Positions 9,850-20,244 of a DNA stretch of 64,000 nt are shown here, piece by piece. Position 1 is the first letter of the stretch. Each line of letters begins with the position of its first letter. A program made the translations under genes and the position numbers. The notes below the pieces were generated by a model. It saw only the letters and a program-made list of their open reading frames with translations. It searched no databases and was not told where the DNA came from. This stretch comes from Desulfurobacteriaceae bacterium. GTDB taxonomy: Bacteria; Aquificota; Aquificia; Desulfurobacteriales; Desulfurobacteriaceae. Where the stretch lies: NCBI GenBank assembly GCA_026987115.1, contig JALSNF010000015.1, positions 2,537 to 66,536 on the forward strand, given 5' to 3'.

Positions 9850-10980
9850 TCAAAGTGGACTAGAAAAGTCAAGGACTTCAACATTTACTCCTTCTAACAG
9901 TAAGGGAGAAAAGGGGTCTTGAAATTCTTTTTTCTCCTCTTTTAAAAGGGTGAAGACTGCCTCTTTCCCGTAATCCTCTATTCCTAAAACTCTTCCTCCG
10001 TTTGTAGTTATCATTGGTAAGAGCTCCTTTACCCTTACTCTTCCTTCAAGCTTGTAGTAAAGGGTTCTAAGCTCGCTTAAAACGGAGAGGGAGTTGTTGG
10101 TTGACATCCCGTCTGTTCCTAAAGCCACTTTGTCGTAGCCTATAAGCTCCTCCACCTTCGGAAATCCCACCTTTAGGTGGCAGTTGCTTTTTGGGCATAG
10201 AACTATCCCTGAGCCTGCTTCTTTGAGCTCTTCAAGCTCCCTTTCACTTAGGTTGGTGCAGTGAACTGCTATGAGGTTTTCGTTTAGAGCTCCCGCCTTT
10301 TTAAGGTAATCTGTAAGACTGTCTGCACATACCCTCTCATACCTTTTCCTATTTAAAATTTTGTAGATTTCCTCTTCAAACCTGTTTGGGAGGCACTTAA
10401 CGAACTTCTCCTCTTCTGCGCTCTCTCCCAGGTGAACCTGAAACTTCTCCCCTTTTTCTCTACTTATTTTTGCTATCTCCTTTAAGGCTTTAAAGGATAC
10501 AGAATAGACGGCGTGGGCAGAAAGGGGAACTTCCCACTTTCTAGGGTCAAAGTCCTTTCCTATAAACTCTCTAAAGACCTTTAGTCCTTTAGCTTTTATG
10601 TTGGGACTTACTCCAAAGGAGGAGATGTCTCCGATGTAGTAAGTTCCCCTTTTCCTGTTCTCCCTTATTCCCTCTTTTACTGCTTCTTTCAGCTCTTCCA
10701 AAGATAAGAGACTTCTCTTTCCTATTATTGAAAGGAGCCAGCTAAAAAAGTCTTTGCAGAGCTCCGGAGAGAAGTTGAACCTGCTCAGTTCTAAGTGGGT
10801 GTGGGCGTTTACTAGCGGAGGCAGTAGAACTCCTTTTAGCTCAATATAATCGCTAAAGTGTCCTTCTGGCCTTCTTCCCGTTATCTCTTTTACTTTTCCC
10901 TTTTCTATTACTACAAAGCCGTTTTTAACTGCTTCTATCTCCGTGGTTATTATCCAGCTTGCTTTTACGAGAATTCTCAA
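9850..10980 (-). CDS. Metal-dependent amidohydrolase (chlorohydrolase / aminodeoxyfutalosine-deaminase-like subgroup)
   Basis: 376 aa with the HxH motif NAHTHLELS and later ligands VHLGES, VHCT and LGTDG. The substrate cannot be assigned from sequence alone. TTG start. Confidence 0.6.
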   Translation of the reverse strand: MRILVKASWIITTEIEAVKNGFVVIEKGKVKEITGRRPEGHFSDYIELKGVLLPPLVNAHTHLELSRFNFSPELCKDFFSWLLSIIGKRSLLSLEELKEAVKEGIRENRKRGTYYIGDISSFGVSPNIKAKGLKVFREFIGKDFDPRKWEVPLSAHAVYSVSFKALKEIAKISREKGEKFQVHLGESAEEEKFVKCLPNRFEEEIYKILNRKRYERVCADSLTDYLKKAGALNENLIAVHCTNLSERELEELKEAGSGIVLCPKSNCHLKVGFPKVEELIGYDKVALGTDGMSTNNSLSVLSELRTLYYKLEGRVRVKELLPMITTNGGRVLGIEDYGKEAVFTLLKEEKKEFQDPFSPLLLEGVNVEVLDFSSPL

Positions 10981-12382
10981 AGTTAAACCCCTTAACGAGT
11001 TTTACCGCTTCCTCCTTCGTCTTTACCTTTCCAAGAGCTTGAAGTTCAAGGAGCTTTTCTTTAATCTCTCCTATTACTCGGTTTGGCTTTGAAAGTCCTT
11101 TAATCTCCATAATTTCCCTGCCGGTTAAAATAGGCTTTAATTCTTTTAACCTTTCTGTGTAGAAGTCCCTTAAGTAAATTAAGAAGTCCAAGTATTCTGC
11201 TACCGAGTTTTCCATATCTTTAGAGGTCGCCATAAAGTCTGCAATGCTTAAAGTTAAAGTGTGGAAGGCGTAGTCTTTCGTATCCCTAAAGAACTTGTAA
11301 ACTGCCCTTTTTGAGAGCTCCCCTTTCCTGTAAAGGTCGTAAAGGAAGAAGGGCCTAAGGTGGTTCCTTACTACATAGTAGCCTAGCTTTCCACACTCTT
11401 TGCCAAATCCAAGCTCTATAAGCCCTTTTCTTGTTATCTCTGCGCCTATTTTGTCGTGGTTGTAAAAGGTTAACTTTCCGTTAACCTCTTTTACCGTTAG
11501 GGGTTTCCCTACATCGTGGTAGAGGGCAACCAGTTTTAAGCACTTTTTCCTTTCCCTTATCTGAGGGAAAAAGTCTTTAAAGAGCTCTTTAGCCTCTTTT
11601 AGTGCAAACTCTTCTAAAAAGTAAACTGTCTTTATTGAGTGCTCTTTAAGGTCGTACTGGTGAAGACCACTTGGAGGTATCTTTTCAATTCCCTTTAACT
11701 CTTTAAAGGTGGGAAAGAGGGCTCCGATAGTTTCCAAGTCTTTTAAAGCCTTCCAGAAAGACTCTGTTTCTGCCATTTTCTTAACTTCTTCTCCAACCCT
11801 TTCCCTGGGGACTTTCTCTATTAAAGGAGATGCCTTCCTTGAAAGGGAGATAAAGCTTTCACAGTAGCTAAAGTCTAAGGTAAGCTTTAACCTTACTCCC
11901 CTTAAAATTCTTATGGGGTCTTCCCGTAAACTCTCTTTGTGGGTGGGCCTTATAACTCCCTTTATAAGGTCTTCATAACCTCCCGTTGGGTCAATTAGGA
12001 GGACATCGTCGTTAAAGGGGAGGGAGAGCTCCCTAACGTCAACTGCAATTGCGTTAACCGTAAAGTCCCTCTTTTTTAAGTCCTCCTCAATGGAGGAACC
12101 TTCCATTTCTGAAAGGTCAACCCTCCACCCATCACCTGAGAAAGAGACAACCTCCTTAACCTTTTTAAACTTAAAAGGCTTTGCTTTTAACTCTTTCCCT
12201 ATGCACCTAACCTGACTCTCTTTTATCCCCTTAACTACAAGGTCAACGTCAAGGTACTCTTTCCTTACCCTTAAAAGCCTGTCCCTTATAAAGCCTCCTA
12301 CTAGATACCCTTCTTTAAGGCACCCTATTAGCTTCTCTATTTTTGGGTGGTAAAAAGTTATCTTGTGAACCCTTTTCTCCAT
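10925..12382 (-). CDS. cca: CCA-adding tRNA nucleotidyltransferase with HD domain
   Basis: 485 aa with the Pol-beta NTase head GGFIRDRLL...DVDLVV and the HD motif LYHDVGKP. Confidence 0.8.
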   Translation of the reverse strand: MEKRVHKITFYHPKIEKLIGCLKEGYLVGGFIRDRLLRVRKEYLDVDLVVKGIKESQVRCIGKELKAKPFKFKKVKEVVSFSGDGWRVDLSEMEGSSIEEDLKKRDFTVNAIAVDVRELSLPFNDDVLLIDPTGGYEDLIKGVIRPTHKESLREDPIRILRGVRLKLTLDFSYCESFISLSRKASPLIEKVPRERVGEEVKKMAETESFWKALKDLETIGALFPTFKELKGIEKIPPSGLHQYDLKEHSIKTVYFLEEFALKEAKELFKDFFPQIRERKKCLKLVALYHDVGKPLTVKEVNGKLTFYNHDKIGAEITRKGLIELGFGKECGKLGYYVVRNHLRPFFLYDLYRKGELSKRAVYKFFRDTKDYAFHTLTLSIADFMATSKDMENSVAEYLDFLIYLRDFYTERLKELKPILTGREIMEIKGLSKPNRVIGEIKEKLLELQALGKVKTKEEAVKLVKGFNFENSRKSKLDNNHGDRSS

Positions 12383-12427
12383 TTATAACTCCTTATTAAG
12401 ATTAACTTAATACATTAAGGAGGCCAA

Positions 12428-13102
12428 ATGGAAGAGATTATAAGGGCAGAGAACTTAAGAAAACTATACAAGACCCCTTCAGATGAAGTTTGGGCTCTAA
12501 GGGGAGTAAACCTATCCCTTAAAAAGGGGGAATTCTCACTCTTAATGGGAGCTTCAGGCTCTGGAAAGTCAACTCTCCTTCACATTTTAGGAACTCTTGA
12601 CACACCTACAGAAGGGAAGGTTCTCTTTAAAGGTAGGGATTTGTTCTCTTTAAGCCAAAAGGAGCTCGCTCTTTTTAGGAACGAGAAGGTGGGCTTCGTT
12701 TTCCAGTTTCACTACTTGATTAACGAGCTGACTCTCCTTGAAAACGTTATGGTTCCTCTTCTCATCCGAGGAGAAAGCTTTAACAGTTCAAAAAAGCGTG
12801 CAGAAAGGATGTTGAAAATCGTAGGATTAGGTCATAGATTATCTCACAGACCTTTTGAAGTTTCAGGTGGAGAAAGGCAGAGAGCAGCTGTTGCAAGGGC
12901 TTTGGTTGGAAACCCTGAAATTGTCCTTGCAGATGAGCCTACGGGAAACTTGGATTCCAAAAGCACAACCTCCGTAATCTCCTTAATGAAAGAGCTCAAC
13001 CGGGAACTCGGAACTACCTTCTTAATAGCAACTCACAACTCTGAGTTGGAAACTTATGCAGAGTGCATATACTTTATTAAAGATGGAGTTATAGTCTCTT
13101 AA
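12428..13102 (+). CDS. ABC transporter ATP-binding protein (LolD/MacB/FtsE-like)
   Basis: 224 aa with Walker A GASGSGKST, signature VSGGERQR and Walker B LADEPTGNLD. Confidence 0.85.
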   Translation: MEEIIRAENLRKLYKTPSDEVWALRGVNLSLKKGEFSLLMGASGSGKSTLLHILGTLDTPTEGKVLFKGRDLFSLSQKELALFRNEKVGFVFQFHYLINELTLLENVMVPLLIRGESFNSSKKRAERMLKIVGLGHRLSHRPFEVSGGERQRAAVARALVGNPEIVLADEPTGNLDSKSTTSVISLMKELNRELGTTFLIATHNSELETYAECIYFIKDGVIVS

Positions 13103-13122
13103 ACCCGATTACAGGAGAGTTT

Positions 13123-15582
13123 ATGTTTGAAAGGTTTTCAACAAAGGCAAGACAGATAATCATTAAAGCTAAAGAACAAGCGGTTAGTTTAAGGTGCGAT
13201 AAGTTGGGAACAGAGCACATCCTCCTTTCCTTAATTAAGGAGGATGAGATAACTTCCCAGATATTGGCAAAGTACAACATCTCTAAGACCAGAATTCAGG
13301 ACATTATAGTTAACCAGGTTCAACCTGTTCCTTACGAGGTTGACATAAACACCGTTACTTTTACCACCGAGGCAAGAAGGGTTCTTGAGCACGCCCTTGA
13401 AGAGTCAAAAATCTTGGGCCACGCTTATGTAGGTCCTGAACACCTCTTTATTGCCCTTGCCAAGGAGAAGTTGGGCCTTGCAGGTAGGATTTTAAGGAGC
13501 TACGGTTTAGACCACTACACTTTAAGGAGGGAGGTATCAAGTCTTTTAAAGGGTATTTCAAGCGACAGGAAGGTAAGTAAGAGGAGCTCCACTCCTAACC
13601 TTGACAAGTTTGGAAGGGACCTTACCGCCCTTGCAAGGGAGGGTAAACTTGACCCCGTAATAGGAAGGGATAAGGAAATAGAGAGGGTCGTTCACATCCT
13701 TGCAAGGCGCAGGAAGAATAACCCGGTTTTAATAGGGGAGCCCGGAGTAGGGAAGACTGCAATTGTTGAGGGCTTGGCAACGAGGATTGCCAAGGGAATG
13801 GTTCCCGAGAAGTTAAAGGACAAGAGGATAGTTTCCCTTGACATGGCCTCTTTAATTGCGGGGACCAAGTATAGGGGACAGTTTGAGGAAAGGTTAAAGG
13901 CTATAGTTAAGGAGCTTGAGAACAACAAAGACGTAATCCTATTTATAGACGAAATTCACACCTTGGTTGGCGCAGGTGCGGCTGAAGGCAGTATGGACGC
14001 TTCAAACATACTAAAGCCTTCCCTGTCAAGGGGAGAGATTCAGGTAATAGGTGCTACTACCATAGACGAGTACAGGAAGTACATTGAGAAAGACGGAGCT
14101 CTTGAGAGGAGATTTCAACCTGTAATGGTTGAAGAGCCTACAGTTGAAGACGCAATTGAGATTTTAAAGGGGCTTAAACACAAGTTTGAAGAGTTCCACA
14201 ACGTAGAGATAACCGACGGTGCTATAGAGAGAGCGGTAAAGCTTTCTGTTAGGTACATTAACGACAGGAAACTGCCGGACAAGGCCATAGACATAATAGA
14301 CGAGGCCGGAGCTAAGGCTCAGCTTCAGGCCAGTAAAGGGGATAGCAGGATTTCGGCCCTTGAGAAGGAGATAGAGAAGGTAAAAGCTATGAAGGAAGAG
14401 GCCCTTGCAATGGCCGAGTACGAGAGGGCCCACGAGTATAAACAGAAGGAGCTACGGCTTTTAACTGAGCTTGAAGAGTTAAAGAGAGAGCAGAGGTTAA
14501 AGGAGACGAAGGAGAAGGTTGTTATTGACGAGTCTAAGGTAGAGGAGATAGTTGCCCTATGGACGGGAATACCTGTTCAACAGCTTCACGAGAAAGAGGT
14601 TGAAAAACTTAAAAGGCTTGAAGAGGAGCTCCACAAGAGGGTTGTAGGTCAAGAAGAAGCGGTTGAAGCCGTAGCAAAGGCTATAAAGCGTTCAAGGCTT
14701 GGCATAAGAGCAGGTTCAAACAGGCCTATAGGTTCCTTCCTCTTTTTAGGGCCAACCGGAGTAGGTAAGACTGAGCTTGCTAAAGCTCTTGCAGAGTACC
14801 TCTTTGGAGACGAGAAGGCCCTAGTCAGGATAGATATGAGTGAGTACATGGAAAAACATACTGTATCCCGACTGATAGGAGCTCCTCCGGGATATGTTGG
14901 CTATGAAGAGGGAGGCCAGCTTACAGAGGCGGTAAGGAGGAAGCCTTACTCAGTTATACTCTTAGACGAGGTTGAAAAAGCCCACCCTGACGTTTTAAAC
15001 ATCCTCCTTCAGATAATGGAGGACGGCCGTTTAACAGACGGGCTCGGAAGGACGGTTTCCTTTACTAATACAATTCTCATTATGACGTCAAACTTAGGTG
15101 CTAAGCACCTTCTTTCAAGCCAAAAGAGCATGGGATTTGAAGTTGCCGACGGTAAAGAAGAAGAGCGTTCCTTTGAGAGGATGAAGTCCTTTGTAATGGA
15201 AGAGGTTAAGAGGTTCTTTAAACCTGAATTCCTAAACAGGCTTGACGGAATAGTTGTCTTCCATCCCCTTACTAAAGAAGACGTTAGGGAGATTGTCCGT
15301 AAGCAGGTTGAGAGGTTAAACAAAGAGCTTGAGGAAAAAGGTCTAAAGGTTCACGTTACTAAGAAGTTTATAGACTTCGTTGTTGACAAGGAATTTAGGA
15401 AGGAGTACGGGGCAAGGACTATAAGGAGAGCTCTCCAAAAGCTCATTGAAGACAGGCTTACGGACGAAATCCTTATGGGAAGGTTTACAGAGGGCGGAGA
15501 GGTAGTCTTTGACATTACGCCAAAGGGTAAAGTTTCAGTTAGAGAGAAGAAGAAAAGGAAAAGGGAGACGACCGGAGTTTAG
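13123..15582 (+). CDS. clpC: Class III AAA+ chaperone ClpC-type ATPase
   Basis: 819 aa with two Clp_N repeats at the N-terminus, two P-loops (GEPGVGKT and GPTGVGKT) and a short coiled-coil/UVR-like linker between the AAA modules. Confidence 0.85.
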   Translation: MFERFSTKARQIIIKAKEQAVSLRCDKLGTEHILLSLIKEDEITSQILAKYNISKTRIQDIIVNQVQPVPYEVDINTVTFTTEARRVLEHALEESKILGHAYVGPEHLFIALAKEKLGLAGRILRSYGLDHYTLRREVSSLLKGISSDRKVSKRSSTPNLDKFGRDLTALAREGKLDPVIGRDKEIERVVHILARRRKNNPVLIGEPGVGKTAIVEGLATRIAKGMVPEKLKDKRIVSLDMASLIAGTKYRGQFEERLKAIVKELENNKDVILFIDEIHTLVGAGAAEGSMDASNILKPSLSRGEIQVIGATTIDEYRKYIEKDGALERRFQPVMVEEPTVEDAIEILKGLKHKFEEFHNVEITDGAIERAVKLSVRYINDRKLPDKAIDIIDEAGAKAQLQASKGDSRISALEKEIEKVKAMKEEALAMAEYERAHEYKQKELRLLTELEELKREQRLKETKEKVVIDESKVEEIVALWTGIPVQQLHEKEVEKLKRLEEELHKRVVGQEEAVEAVAKAIKRSRLGIRAGSNRPIGSFLFLGPTGVGKTELAKALAEYLFGDEKALVRIDMSEYMEKHTVSRLIGAPPGYVGYEEGGQLTEAVRRKPYSVILLDEVEKAHPDVLNILLQIMEDGRLTDGLGRTVSFTNTILIMTSNLGAKHLLSSQKSMGFEVADGKEEERSFERMKSFVMEEVKRFFKPEFLNRLDGIVVFHPLTKEDVREIVRKQVERLNKELEEKGLKVHVTKKFIDFVVDKEFRKEYGARTIRRALQKLIEDRLTDEILMGRFTEGGEVVFDITPKGKVSVREKKKRKRETTGV

Positions 15583-16302
15583 ATGAGACGGTTTAAAGTA
15601 GATGAAGTAAAGAACAACGAAGCCTTCCTCAGAGGTAGGGAGGCTCGCCACGCCCTTAAGGTTCTTAGGCTTAAAAAGGGAGACGAGATAATAGTTTTTG
15701 ACGGAGAGGGTAGAGAGTACTTAGCCGAAATCTCCGCCGCCTCTCCCACCTCTGTTAAGCTTAAAATCCTTGAAGAGACCAAGGTTAAAAGGGACAGCCC
15801 CTTAACCTCTGTGCTCTTTATGGGGATAACCAATAAATTTCAGAAACTTGAGCTGGCCCTTCAAAAGACTACAGAGCTTGGAGTAAGCAAGATAGTTCCC
15901 GTTGTGTGCCACCGCTCTTGCACTGCTCAACTTGTAAAGAACTGGGAGGGAAAACTGAAGCGTTGGCAGGAGATAGTAGTTAACGCTTCTAAACAGTGTG
16001 GGAGGAGCGTCGTTCCTGAGATAGACGAGCCGTTAAAGATTGAAGACGTTGAGCCTGTTGGAGAGCTTAACTTTGTCTTATGGGAAAAAGGGGGGAGCTC
16101 CCTTAAGGACTACCAAGGATACGGTGCTCAATCTGTTTCCTTTTTGGTAGGGCCTGAAGGAGGTCTTGAAAAGGAGGAGGTGGAGCTCCTTAAAGAAAAG
16201 GGATTTAAACCCATATACTTAGGAAAGAGGATATTAAGGGCCGAGACTGCGGCGGTTGCAGGTATGGCCTTAATCCAGTTTATATGGGGAGACCTTGGCT
16301 GA
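15583..16302 (+). CDS. rsmE: 16S rRNA (uracil1498-N3)-methyltransferase RsmE
   Basis: 239 aa with a PUA-like N-domain and a SPOUT C-domain carrying LVGPEGGL and RILRAETAA. Confidence 0.85.
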   Translation: MRRFKVDEVKNNEAFLRGREARHALKVLRLKKGDEIIVFDGEGREYLAEISAASPTSVKLKILEETKVKRDSPLTSVLFMGITNKFQKLELALQKTTELGVSKIVPVVCHRSCTAQLVKNWEGKLKRWQEIVVNASKQCGRSVVPEIDEPLKIEDVEPVGELNFVLWEKGGSSLKDYQGYGAQSVSFLVGPEGGLEKEEVELLKEKGFKPIYLGKRILRAETAAVAGMALIQFIWGDLG

Positions 16303-16837
16303 GAGGATTTTTAAAGTAGTTCACGGAGACATTACCCAAGAGGAAACCGATGCCGTAGTTAACGCTGCCAACTCCCTCTTAAAGCACGGAGGAGGAGTAG
16401 CCGGTGCAATAGTTAGAAAGGGCGGGGAAGTTATCCAGAGAGAGAGCGACAGGATAGTTAGAGAAAAAGGACCTGTGCCAGTTGGAAGTGCCGTTTACAC
16501 CGGCGGGGGGAACTTAAAGGCGAGGTTCGTTATCCACGCAGTAGGACCTATTTGGGGGGAAGGGGACGAAGAGAGGAAGTTAAGGAGTGCCGTTAGGTCG
16601 GCCCTTAAGATAGCAGATTCCTTAGGGCTTTCTTCCGTCTCTATACCTGCAATAAGCACAGGTATATTTGGCTACCCTAAAGAGGAGGGAGTTAAGGTAA
16701 TAGTTGACGAGGTCTTAAATTACTTTAAGGAAAACCCAGATTCTACTTTGAAGGAGATTCACTTTGTAGCCATAGATAAAGAGACTGCAGACCTTTTCTC
16801 AAAGTTCCTCTCCCTTCTTTCTGCGGAGGAAGTTTAA
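16295..16837 (+). CDS. Macro-domain protein (ADP-ribose/O-acetyl-ADP-ribose hydrolase type)
   Basis: 180 aa with macro-domain motifs [25 protein letters not shown] and ISTGIFGYP. Confidence 0.85.
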   Translation: MAERIFKVVHGDITQEETDAVVNAANSLLKHGGGVAGAIVRKGGEVIQRESDRIVREKGPVPVGSAVYTGGGNLKARFVIHAVGPIWGEGDEERKLRSAVRSALKIADSLGLSSVSIPAISTGIFGYPKEEGVKVIVDEVLNYFKENPDSTLKEIHFVAIDKETADLFSKFLSLLSAEEV

Positions 16838-17755
16838 AACTCTTTTATATCCTTGTGGAAGTTCTACCTCAAACTCAAGCCTCTTTCCGCTTCTTGGGTG
16901 GTTAAACGCCAGGTAGTAGGCACAGAGGGCGTGCATCCCCATTTGGTCTATTAATTCTCTTAATTCCCTGTCTCTTATCTTACTCGGTTTATACCCGTAA
17001 ACTTTGTCTCCTAAAAGGGGATGGCCTAAACTTGACATGTGAACCCTTATCTGGTGGGTTCTTCCAGTTTCAAGTTTGCACTTTATCTCTGATATGTTGT
17101 CTTCTGGGAACTTTTCCAACACCCAGTAGTTGGTAATTGCCTCCTTAGGCGATGTGGTGTTTGGGGAGAACTTCTTCCTGTCAAACCTGTCTCTGCCTAT
17201 CGGTAAAACTATTCTATCTCTTTCCTTTTTCGGTATTCCCACTATAAGGGCCCTATAAAACCTGCCTACGCTTCTGTTTTTAAACTGCTCAATAAGGGAC
17301 TGCTGGGCAAGGTCGTTCTTTGCAACTACTATGAGGCCTGAAGTCTCTTTGTCAAGCCTGTGAACTATCCCGGGCCTTAGGGCTCCCCCTATCCCTTTTA
17401 GGTCTTTACAGTGATAAAGGAGGGCGTTTACTAAAGTTCCCGTGTAGTGGCCCGGTGCAGGGTGGACTACCATCCCTGCAGGTTTGTTTACTACTATTAC
17501 GTCTTCGTCCTCATAGACCACTTCTAAAGGGATGTCTTCAGGTTTAACTTCTATAGGCTCTGGAGGGGGAACTTCAAAGGAGACTACTTGCCCCTCCTTT
17601 ACCTTCTGGGAGGGTTTCTTTGCTTCCTTCCCGTTAACCTTAACCAGTCCCTTTTCTATTATCTCCTTTGCCTGGCTTCTTGAGAGCTCTGCTACCTCGC
17701 TTATAAACTGGTCTAACCTCTTATTCCCTTTCTCTCTACTTACTACAACTTCCAT
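16799..17755 (-). CDS. rluD: 23S rRNA pseudouridine synthase RluD family
   Basis: 318 aa with an N-terminal S4 domain, the catalytic motif [10 protein letters not shown], and GRTHQIRVH. Confidence 0.9.
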   Translation of the reverse strand: MEVVVSREKGNKRLDQFISEVAELSRSQAKEIIEKGLVKVNGKEAKKPSQKVKEGQVVSFEVPPPEPIEVKPEDIPLEVVYEDEDVIVVNKPAGMVVHPAPGHYTGTLVNALLYHCKDLKGIGGALRPGIVHRLDKETSGLIVVAKNDLAQQSLIEQFKNRSVGRFYRALIVGIPKKERDRIVLPIGRDRFDRKKFSPNTTSPKEAITNYWVLEKFPEDNISEIKCKLETGRTHQIRVHMSSLGHPLLGDKVYGYKPSKIRDRELRELIDQMGMHALCAYYLAFNHPRSGKRLEFEVELPQGYKRVLNFLRRKKGEEL

Positions 17756-20244
17756 TTTAGTTCAGCCTCTTTTGCGCTCTCTTTTAGCCTCGCAAGGAGC
17801 ATTAAGGCCTCTAGAGGGGTAGTATTTGAAATCTCTATGCGGTTAAGCTCCCTGATTATCCTTTTTACCTCCTCTGGGAGCTCCTTACTTTCCTCTTTCT
17901 CCACTACCTTAAAAAGTGGAAGTTCTAAGTTTGCCTCTTTTCTCCCTTCAAGCTCCCTAAGGATTTCTTTGGCCCTTTCAACTACTTCCTTGGGAAGTCC
18001 TGCAAGCTCTGCAACGTGAACTCCGTAAGACTTCTCAGAAGCTCCTTTTACTATCTTGTGGGTAAATACTATCTGTCCTTCAATTTCTTTAACGGAGGCG
18101 TGGTAGTTCTTAACCCCTTTAACTTGGCCTTCAAGCTCCGTAAGCTCGTGGTAGTGGGTTGCAAAGAGGGTCTTTGCGCCGAGTTTAGAGCTTATGTACT
18201 CAACGACTGCCCTAGCTATGCTCATTCCGTCGTAAGTGCTGGTTCCCCTTCCTATTTCGTCTAGAACTATTAAGCTTTTGCTTGTAGCGTTTTTTAGGAT
18301 GTTCGCCGTCTCAACCATCTCCATCATAAAGGTTGAAAGACCTTTCGTTAGGTTGTCAGCAGCTCCTACTCTCGTGAAAATCCCGTCAACTACGCCTATT
18401 TCTGCTTCCTTTGCAGGAACGAAAGAGCCCATTTGTGCCATTAAGGTAATTAGTGCAGTTTGCCTTAAGAAAACAGACTTACCTCCCATGTTTGGACCTG
18501 TTATTATCAGTATGAACTCCTCATCCTTAAGCTTTACGTCGTTGGGTATAAACTCTTCTTCAAGGAGGTTTTCAAGAACCGGATGTTTTCCCTCTTTAAT
18601 TTCTATTTTGTAAGAGTTGTTTACCTTGGGTTTAGTGTAGCCCCTTTCTACTGCAACTTTTGCTAAAGACTGGAGCGCGTCTATTTGGGCTATAACTTCT
18701 GCACTCTTTGAGATTCTCTCACTTTGGGAAGAGATAAACTCCCTTAAGTTGCAAAAGAGTTCATACTCTATTTTCTCTATCCTCTCCTTTGCAGATAGGA
18801 CCTTCTCCTCAAACTCTTTTAGCTCCGGAGTTATGAACCTTTCAGCGTTTACTAAGGTCTGCTTTCTTATGTACTCTTTAGGAACTAGGTGGAGGTTGGG
18901 CTTTGAAACCTCTATGTAGTAGCCGAAAACGTTGTTAAAGCCTACCTTAAGACTCCCTATTCCCGTCTTTTCCCTTTCCCTCTCTTCAATTTCCTTTATT
19001 ATCTTCTCGGCTTCTCTCTTAACTCTCCTTAGCTCGTCAAGCTCACCGTTTACTCCCTCTTTTATCAGTCCCCCCTCCTTCGGTGAAGAGGGAGGGTTAT
19101 CTACCAGTACCCTTTCTATTTCAGAGTATATGTCTTGGAGAGGGTCAAAGTCCTTTAGGAGCCTTTTAAACAGGGGGGAGTGGAGCTCCCTTAATAGTCT
19201 TTCAACTTTCGGGAGCTCTTTTAAGGAGCTCCTTAGCGAGGCAACCTCTTTTGGAGTTCCCATCCCTGAAGAGATTTTCGTAAGGAGCCTCTCAATGTCG
19301 TAAACTCCTTTTAATACTTCCCTTAACTCGTCAAGTATTAAGAAACTCTCTTTAAGCTCTTCAACTGCTGAAAGCCTCTCTTCTATTTTCCTGACTTCCT
19401 TTAGAGGGTGGAGAATCCAGAACTTTAAAAGCCTCCTTCCCATTCCCGTTTTTGTCCTGTCTAAAACTCCAAAGAGGGTAGCTTTTGTTTCCCTTTGACC
19501 TGCCGACTCTAAAAGCTCAAGGTTTTTCTGGCTCTGAGGGTCTATGTGTATGTACTCCTCTTTTAAGTACTCTTTTGGCTCTTTAAGTTTAGGGACAAAC
19601 TCTTTTTGGGTCTCCTCAATGAACTCTTTTAGTGCCTTTACGGCACCTCCTTTAAAACTTAGCCTGTTAAGTTTCTCTATTAAGGCTCCAGACAGGAAAG
19701 GTTTTAACCCTTTAAGCTCAAAGTCTTCCGGAATTAGAACTTCTTTAGGTTTAAACTTTGACACTATCGTTTTAAGCTCCTCTTCGTTTACCGTGGCTTT
19801 AAAGAGGTCTCCGGAGGAGAGGTTTGCCCAAGCTACTTTGAACTCCTTACCTTCAGGCAAGATTGCAGTTAGGAACCTCTCTTCCGTTTCGTCTTCAAAG
19901 TAGGTTCCCGGAGTTATTACCCTTACTACTCCCCTGTCAACTACTTTCTTGCCGGGTTTTGGCTCTTCAAGCTGTTCACATATGGCTACCTTGTAGCCTT
20001 TCCTTACCAATTTAGGGAGGTAGGTTTCAAGGGCGTGGTGAGGTATTCCGCACATGGGAGCTCTCTCCCCTCCCTTACCGAAAGAGCGGGAGGTGAGGGC
20101 AATTTCAAGCTCCCTTGCGGCAACCTCTGCGTCTTCAAAGAACATCTCGTAGAAGTCTCCCATTCTGAACATTAAAATTGCGTCTTTATACTTTTCCTTA
20201 AACTCCAAGTACTGCTTAAGTGCCGGAGTTATCTTCTTTGACAA
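17743..20244 (-). CDS. mutS: DNA mismatch repair protein MutS
   Basis: 833 aa with a TTG start, the N-terminal mismatch-binding region (TPALKQYLEFK...GDFYEMF), Walker A GPNMGGKS, and DEIGRGTST. Confidence 0.95.
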   Translation of the reverse strand: MSKKITPALKQYLEFKEKYKDAILMFRMGDFYEMFFEDAEVAARELEIALTSRSFGKGGERAPMCGIPHHALETYLPKLVRKGYKVAICEQLEEPKPGKKVVDRGVVRVITPGTYFEDETEERFLTAILPEGKEFKVAWANLSSGDLFKATVNEEELKTIVSKFKPKEVLIPEDFELKGLKPFLSGALIEKLNRLSFKGGAVKALKEFIEETQKEFVPKLKEPKEYLKEEYIHIDPQSQKNLELLESAGQRETKATLFGVLDRTKTGMGRRLLKFWILHPLKEVRKIEERLSAVEELKESFLILDELREVLKGVYDIERLLTKISSGMGTPKEVASLRSSLKELPKVERLLRELHSPLFKRLLKDFDPLQDIYSEIERVLVDNPPSSPKEGGLIKEGVNGELDELRRVKREAEKIIKEIEEREREKTGIGSLKVGFNNVFGYYIEVSKPNLHLVPKEYIRKQTLVNAERFITPELKEFEEKVLSAKERIEKIEYELFCNLREFISSQSERISKSAEVIAQIDALQSLAKVAVERGYTKPKVNNSYKIEIKEGKHPVLENLLEEEFIPNDVKLKDEEFILIITGPNMGGKSVFLRQTALITLMAQMGSFVPAKEAEIGVVDGIFTRVGAADNLTKGLSTFMMEMVETANILKNATSKSLIVLDEIGRGTSTYDGMSIARAVVEYISSKLGAKTLFATHYHELTELEGQVKGVKNYHASVKEIEGQIVFTHKIVKGASEKSYGVHVAELAGLPKEVVERAKEILRELEGRKEANLELPLFKVVEKEESKELPEEVKRIIRELNRIEISNTTPLEALMLLARLKESAKEAELKWKL

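Noticed and set aside
17837-19903. A chain of plus-strand ORFs of 60-125 aa inside mutS. Similar antisense ORFs occur elsewhere (e.g. 3013-3456, 15009-15323, 28807-29010, 53459-54376).
   Set aside because: All are Ser/Leu/Phe/Thr-rich and lie opposite well-supported genes. Lys/Glu-rich coding (AAG/GAG/GAA) gives stop-poor CTT/CTC/TTC antisense frames. They are a compositional artefact, not genes.
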